Shown here piece after piece: positions 59,491 to 64,000 of a stretch of 64,000 bases of DNA. Position 1 is the stretch's first letter. The number at the start of each line of letters is the position of its first letter. Source of the stretch: Macrostomum hystrix (Eukaryota; Animalia; Platyhelminthes); NCBI GenBank assembly GCA_950097015.1, contig CATNEN010000007.1, positions 9,920,001-9,984,000 of the forward strand, given 5' to 3'. The notes below the pieces were generated by a model. The model was given only the letters and a program-made list of their open reading frames with translations. It was not told the origin of the DNA and did not search any database. The position numbers and the translations under genes are program-made.

Positions 59491-59919
59491 AGTAGGCCGA
59501 GTTTTCACTTGTCTAGTTTTGATAAGCATTTTTGCAATATTTTTGCCATTTTTATATATACTACTGATAATAGCCGCATATAGATGTTGGTTGCTGATAT
59601 AAACTCAAAATAAATATACTGGCTTTATTGGCTTTGCTCCATAGACAGCTCACTCATTTATTTATCATAGTGATCTAGTTCCGCATTCAGGATATTTGAG
59701 CTGACAAAGACCTGCTCAAACTAAAATGCCCACTGTTTCGAGTTCACTTCATACTACTGACTCTGAGTAGACTGAATATTTCCAGGTTCTTTGATTCCGA
59801 TTCGTAGGTTACGGAAACATAAATCGAATACTGGACTCACACTTCAGCCTGACTCAATTGGAATTGACATCATCTGGGCCTTGAAATGCACCCAATTCAT
59901 GTAGGCACGCAGACTAACA

Positions 59920-60085
59920 TCAAGACTAGCTCATCAAGACTCACGCCTAACTCAAGACTCACACCTGACTCACCAAGGCACACACCTGACTCATCAAGAC
60001 TCACACCTGACTCATCAAGACTCACACCTGACTCATCAAGACTCACACCTGACTCAACAAGACTCACACCTGACTGATTAAGACT
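59920..60085. repeat. 21-bp tandem repeat (CAAGACTCACACCTGACTCAT), ~7 copies
   Basis: Direct tandem units. Confidence 0.92.
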
Positions 60086-61509
60086 CGATTATGCCGGAAC
60101 AGGCATATGATTCTATGCTACTCAAGCAAAGATTATACTCAAGCATTGTTGTGAATCAAGGCCCTATTTACCCGGGCCTCAGACTGCAACTCGTCAGGCA
60201 CCGCGGCTGCCCGAAGTCTCTGAAGGATGCCATAAAAGCGAGCAGCTGAAGCCGCCTTTGCCGTGAGTGCGATGAGCCGAGACAAATGAGCTGATGAGGC
60301 GCAGATGACATCTGTGAGCGGCATGTGATTTAAAATTCACTTTGCCCGACCCCTCAAATCAAGCTGCCTTCGCCGACTGGGCGGGGTTTCCCAACTTCGC
60401 CGTCGCCGATCAAAGATCTTGCGACCTCTGTCTCAGGCCTCCTAAATTTCTTTATCTTCTGCTTTTAGTGGATCGGCTTCAAACGGCGTCGCCTTTCATT
60501 TGCTCGGCCGGCAATCCGAGGGGCGCCCCGCACCCCTGAGGGATTGGGCCGGCCAATTATTTTCCCCAGAGTTTGCAGCTCGGGGATCACTCCGCCTGTG
60601 GGGCAGGAGCTGAGCACTGGGGCTGTCGGGGAGGTGCAAAAGGCCGGCCTCCATCAGGCTGAGTAGATTTCAAAAGATGAAGCAGAGGCCGCGGCGCACA
60701 GGGATCAGCAGATGAGCAAAATATCCTGCTAGCAAAGCGAAGACAACACAGGCGGTGCGCGGCCGGGGGAACAGAGAAACCACGGGACACGGGATCTGGG
60801 AGCAGTTGGCCGGGGCGCTGATAGATTTCCCAATTTCGGCAGCAGCATCTAATCATCTCCGCGGCATGGAGGACTCGGTTGCTCAGCCCCTCCGCGCCGC
60901 AACCCCCGTGAGTTCCCACGCAGGGCTCAAGTGGCGAGCGGAGAGAGCAGCGGCTCGTGTGTGAGATGTCGAACCGAGATCAAGAACTTCTCCCTCGCAA
61001 CCTCATCCTCCCTCGCCTCCTCCTGCTGAAGCGGCTGAAGGGTCCTCAGACTGCTCTCTGGGCGGGCCTGATTGAGTTAGGAACGCCGAGGGGATCCGCT
61101 GGTAGGCGGTGCAGTGCCGGCACACACGGAGCCGATACAGCATTCGGGCGGGCACGGTGGCCCTCACTGCCCCTCTCTCCCCGTAATTGGGACTGGGATT
61201 TGAGTCCGGGGCGACGGGGATCTGAGCTGCCTGGCGCCGAAAATTCGATAACCCGACGAATCCCCGCCCGGCCGTGCCTTTGGCCGCTGCGATGTCTGAC
61301 TCAGCCCCCTGCCGTCGGCCCCCACCTGGCTAAATGCAGGGCCGGCACTTTTGCTCCCCCCGATCTCTCAAATTCGCTCTTGATTTCTCCAACCGACTCC
61401 GGCACAAGTGGCCCTGGCTGCCTGCACTTTCCCTTCTCGCCTTCTTGGGACGAAACCGTCAAACCGACGTTGTTGCTGATTGAACTGCCCAGAGTGGGAC
61501 GGACTTAAT

Positions 61510-61720
61510 GGTCGAAGCTGATGTTGGGAAGTATTCGACATGAGGTCGAAGCTGATGTTGGGAAGTATTCGACATGAGGTCGAAGCTGATGTTGGGAAGT
61601 ATTCGACATGAGGTCGAAGCTGATGTTGGGAAGTATTCGACATGAGGTCGAAGCTGATGTTGGGAAGTATTCGACATGAGGTCGAAGCTGATGTTGGGAA
61701 GTATTCGACATGAGGTCGAA
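61510..61720. repeat. 34-bp minisatellite (GGTCGAAGCTGATGTTGGGAAGTATTCGACATGA), 6 identical copies
   Basis: Direct tandem units without spacers; internal GTCGAA/TTCGAC inverted repeat. Confidence 0.97.
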
Positions 61721-62282
61721 TTAGAAGTAGTGACTATATTGAGTTCAACTCATTCAGTTGAAAGGGGGGGCTGGCCTCTCATCTCATCAGGGACATTGCG
61801 CAACAAATGGTCCGCAGTTTCACAGCCCAGTGCGAATGTTAAGCCAGCCCCGAGGGTTGGGGGCTAGTTTCTTAGAAACAGCTAGAAGTTTTACAGCAGC
61901 CACGCTTCGTGAAATCCCGGGAAGCGGTTCATTTGTGGGCTTCGGCCTCATAAAATTCAGATTATTGGCGACGATCGACTTCTGATACTGCGAGAAGGCA
62001 GACGATTGGAGGGCTTGGGGTGGCGAGATCGGAATGATGAGGAATGGAAACTGGGCTGGACATAGTTGCGGAGCCAGGGAGCGACTTGTCGGTGGTCCGG
62101 TGAGCGAGAGTGTCATTGCGGGAGAGCTGGTGATATTGTAAAACTAGAGCAGTCGTAGAATTGTACTGCGCAATGGTGGAGTAGTGGTAGAGAGGATGAA
62201 CGAGAAAGGGAAGAGGGAGAGGGAAGATTTGGAGATTTGAGATTTATCGATTGTGAGAGAGATTAAGAGATTGTGGGAGAAG

Positions 62283-62475
62283 GGGAGAGTGGGAGAGTGG
62301 GAGAGTGGGAGAGTGGGAGAGTGGGAGAGTGGGAGAGTGGGAGAGTGGGAGAGCGGGAGAGTGGGAGAGTGGGAGAGTGGGAGAGTGGGAGAGTGGGAGA
62401 GTGGGAGAGTGGGAGAGTGGGAGGGTGGGAGAGTGGGAGAATGGGAGAGTGGGAGAGTGGGAGAGTGGGAGAGTG
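62283..62475. repeat. 8-bp tandem repeat (GGGAGAGT)n
   Basis: Direct observation; purine-rich with regular GGG tracts. Confidence 0.96.
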
Positions 62476-63623
62476 AATAGAAGGGGTAGAAAGGAATATT
62501 TTGTTGGGGAGTAATGTTTTGGGATCAAATGTTCAGCTTGTCAGTCAAGGCGCAGGCCTGCCCATTCGATCAAGCCGTGTCAGGGTCAGCCGCCGCAAGT
62601 CATTTCGACATGGTGGACATGCCGGCCGCAGTCGGGCAGCCAGAGCCTTAGGAAAGCTGCAGAAGGCGCGGATTTCATGACAGGCCTCAGAAACCCTCGG
62701 ATTTGACACAGGGTCAGTTTCTCCAGCCCGCTTGTTCTTGCGCACTTTGCGGGCATCCGCGCAGAACATTTTGCCGGCGAAAGCCAGTTGGCAAGGTAAG
62801 GCAAAATTTGTGGGAATTGAAGGCGGGACAAGCTGGGATATTCGGCCGGCTTCACAGCAACCTCCGACACCGCGTGGCGGTGGGCGAAATGGAGTGAATT
62901 TGCGGGGGATAATCAGAGGGGCGGTGGCTGGGATCCGCCAGTGTGGAAAGAGTTTTGCGGCCTCGGCCTTCTTGTCAGCCGCAGCAGCTGGCGGAGGCGG
63001 AAAGGAGGCCGCAGATAGTTGCCGGGCCCGCACTGTCAGCAGGCTGCTGGGTGGAGCCGAAGTCGCCATTGCGGCCTAATGAGCAGATATCAATCGCCAG
63101 GGATTAGCCCCGCCCGCCTCCGCCCAGTGCTCCCACCCTCCGTGCCTCCGCGCAGACGAGCTTGGCGGGCGCTGCCACCAGGAGGAAGAGACGGGAAAAT
63201 GATTTTCGAGTGGCGGGGCGAGCCTGCAACTTTTGTTGGGCCTCCAATGAATTCCTTTTTAGCGCTCAGCCGAGTTTTCTCCTCTCCTCATCCCCTACTC
63301 CAGATGAGTCCAGATGGGCCGCAAAACATGGGGACAAAATTGAAGTAATTCACTGCGAAATCAGGCAGGCTGTATGGAGTGAATTCGGCAGGCAAATTTG
63401 GGCCAAGTCTCGCTTGCTGAATCTAGAGGGATTTGCAGTCGGCACGGCAGCCAATGGCACCGCTCGGCAAGTCCCTGGCCAGACTGGCCACACCCCACAT
63501 CCCATATTGGGATCAACAGAGACGCCAGGTGACCCGCGAAACGGCAGCACACTCGGAGCTTCCGGCAGCCAGCAGCGCGAAATCTTTTGAAAAAAGCTGT
63601 TTGCAATCCAACTTCATCAGATA

Positions 63624-64000
63624 ATGCCGCTGCTGCCGCTGCTGCTGTTGCTCGCGTCACCATGGCAACAATCGGGCCTCTGCCTAGCTACCGATCAAGC
63701 GGCCTTCACAGCCACCATGACTGGCAACGCCTCCTACCTGGAGCTGCCCGCCTGGCGGCCGTGCATCAACGCGAGCCTCTCGCTGGAGTTCCGAGCTTCG
63801 AAGTCCTCCGGCTTGCTGCTGTACACCGAGCTGGGGCCCGGCCTCTTCCTCAACCTCAACTTATTCGAGGGCCGCCTCCAGCTGTCGCTCAATCTGGAGT
63901 CCAACGCATCGCAGGCCATAGGGCCGCTGGTTGCAGAGGCCGGGCGCGACCTCCACCTGCCGGCGACCGGGTTTCAACGGGTCGCAGTCTCTGTCAGCTC
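63624..64000 (+). CDS. NRXN: Neurexin-like protein, 5' part (signal peptide plus first laminin-G/LNS domain), runs off the window
   Basis: Not in the ORF track because there is no stop in the window. MPLLPLLLLLASPWQQSGLCLA signal peptide, then SYLELPAWRPCINASLSLEFRASKSSGLLLYTE...FLNLNLFEGRLQLSLNL, matching the alpha-neurexin LNS1 pattern (W...LxLEF....GLxLY.....LxLxEGxL). Confidence 0.8.
   Translation, partial: MPLLPLLLLLASPWQQSGLCLATDQAAFTATMTGNASYLELPAWRPCINASLSLEFRASKSSGLLLYTELGPGLFLNLNLFEGRLQLSLNLESNASQAIGPLVAEAGRDLHLPATGFQRVAVSVS

Noticed and set aside
61510-61720. CRISPR-like 34-bp hairpin-forming repeat (likewise the 37-bp repeat at 1-404)
   Set aside because: Units are directly head-to-tail with no unique spacers, there are no cas genes, and the context is eukaryotic
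60100-63600. Many short ORFs in GC-moderate sequence upstream of neurexin (and at 47300-49300 in SNAP-25)
   Set aside because: No protein motifs or consistent splice structure; more likely 5' UTR, intronic or regulatory DNA of neuronal genes

Overview
Eukaryotic, intron-containing animal genomic DNA. It is almost certainly a flatworm: it carries an EF-hand + dynein-light-chain TAL gene, a Platyhelminthes family. The GC-rich exons and very dense minisatellites resemble Macrostomum (inference). Gene models were built by hand from GT-AG sites and reading-frame phase. Minus strand: KANK (8 coding exons, 15171-4535, with an alpha-tubulin processed pseudogene inside an intron), a TULIP/group-7-allergen-like secreted protein and an EXD1/Egalitarian-like pseudo-exonuclease. 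Plus strand: a tight cluster of APEX1, a FASTK-like helical protein, CPTP and SUPT7L; a secreted protein; TAL; SNAP-25 with two homologous alternative first exons; an intronless ACSS2-like acetyl-CoA synthetase; and the 5' end of a neurexin. There are also about 25 unrelated tandem-repeat arrays, a hAT-type non-autonomous element with a perfect 8-bp TSD, a long inverted-repeat element and gene remnants. The most notable signal is that three genes (FASTK-like, SUPT7L, ACSS2-like) have no local start codon. Each ORF opens in phase 0 directly after a splice acceptor, as expected if the AUG-terminated flatworm spliced leader supplies the initiator Met. Two of these genes lie in a candidate trans-spliced operon. 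No CRISPR array, rRNA or intact tRNA was found.
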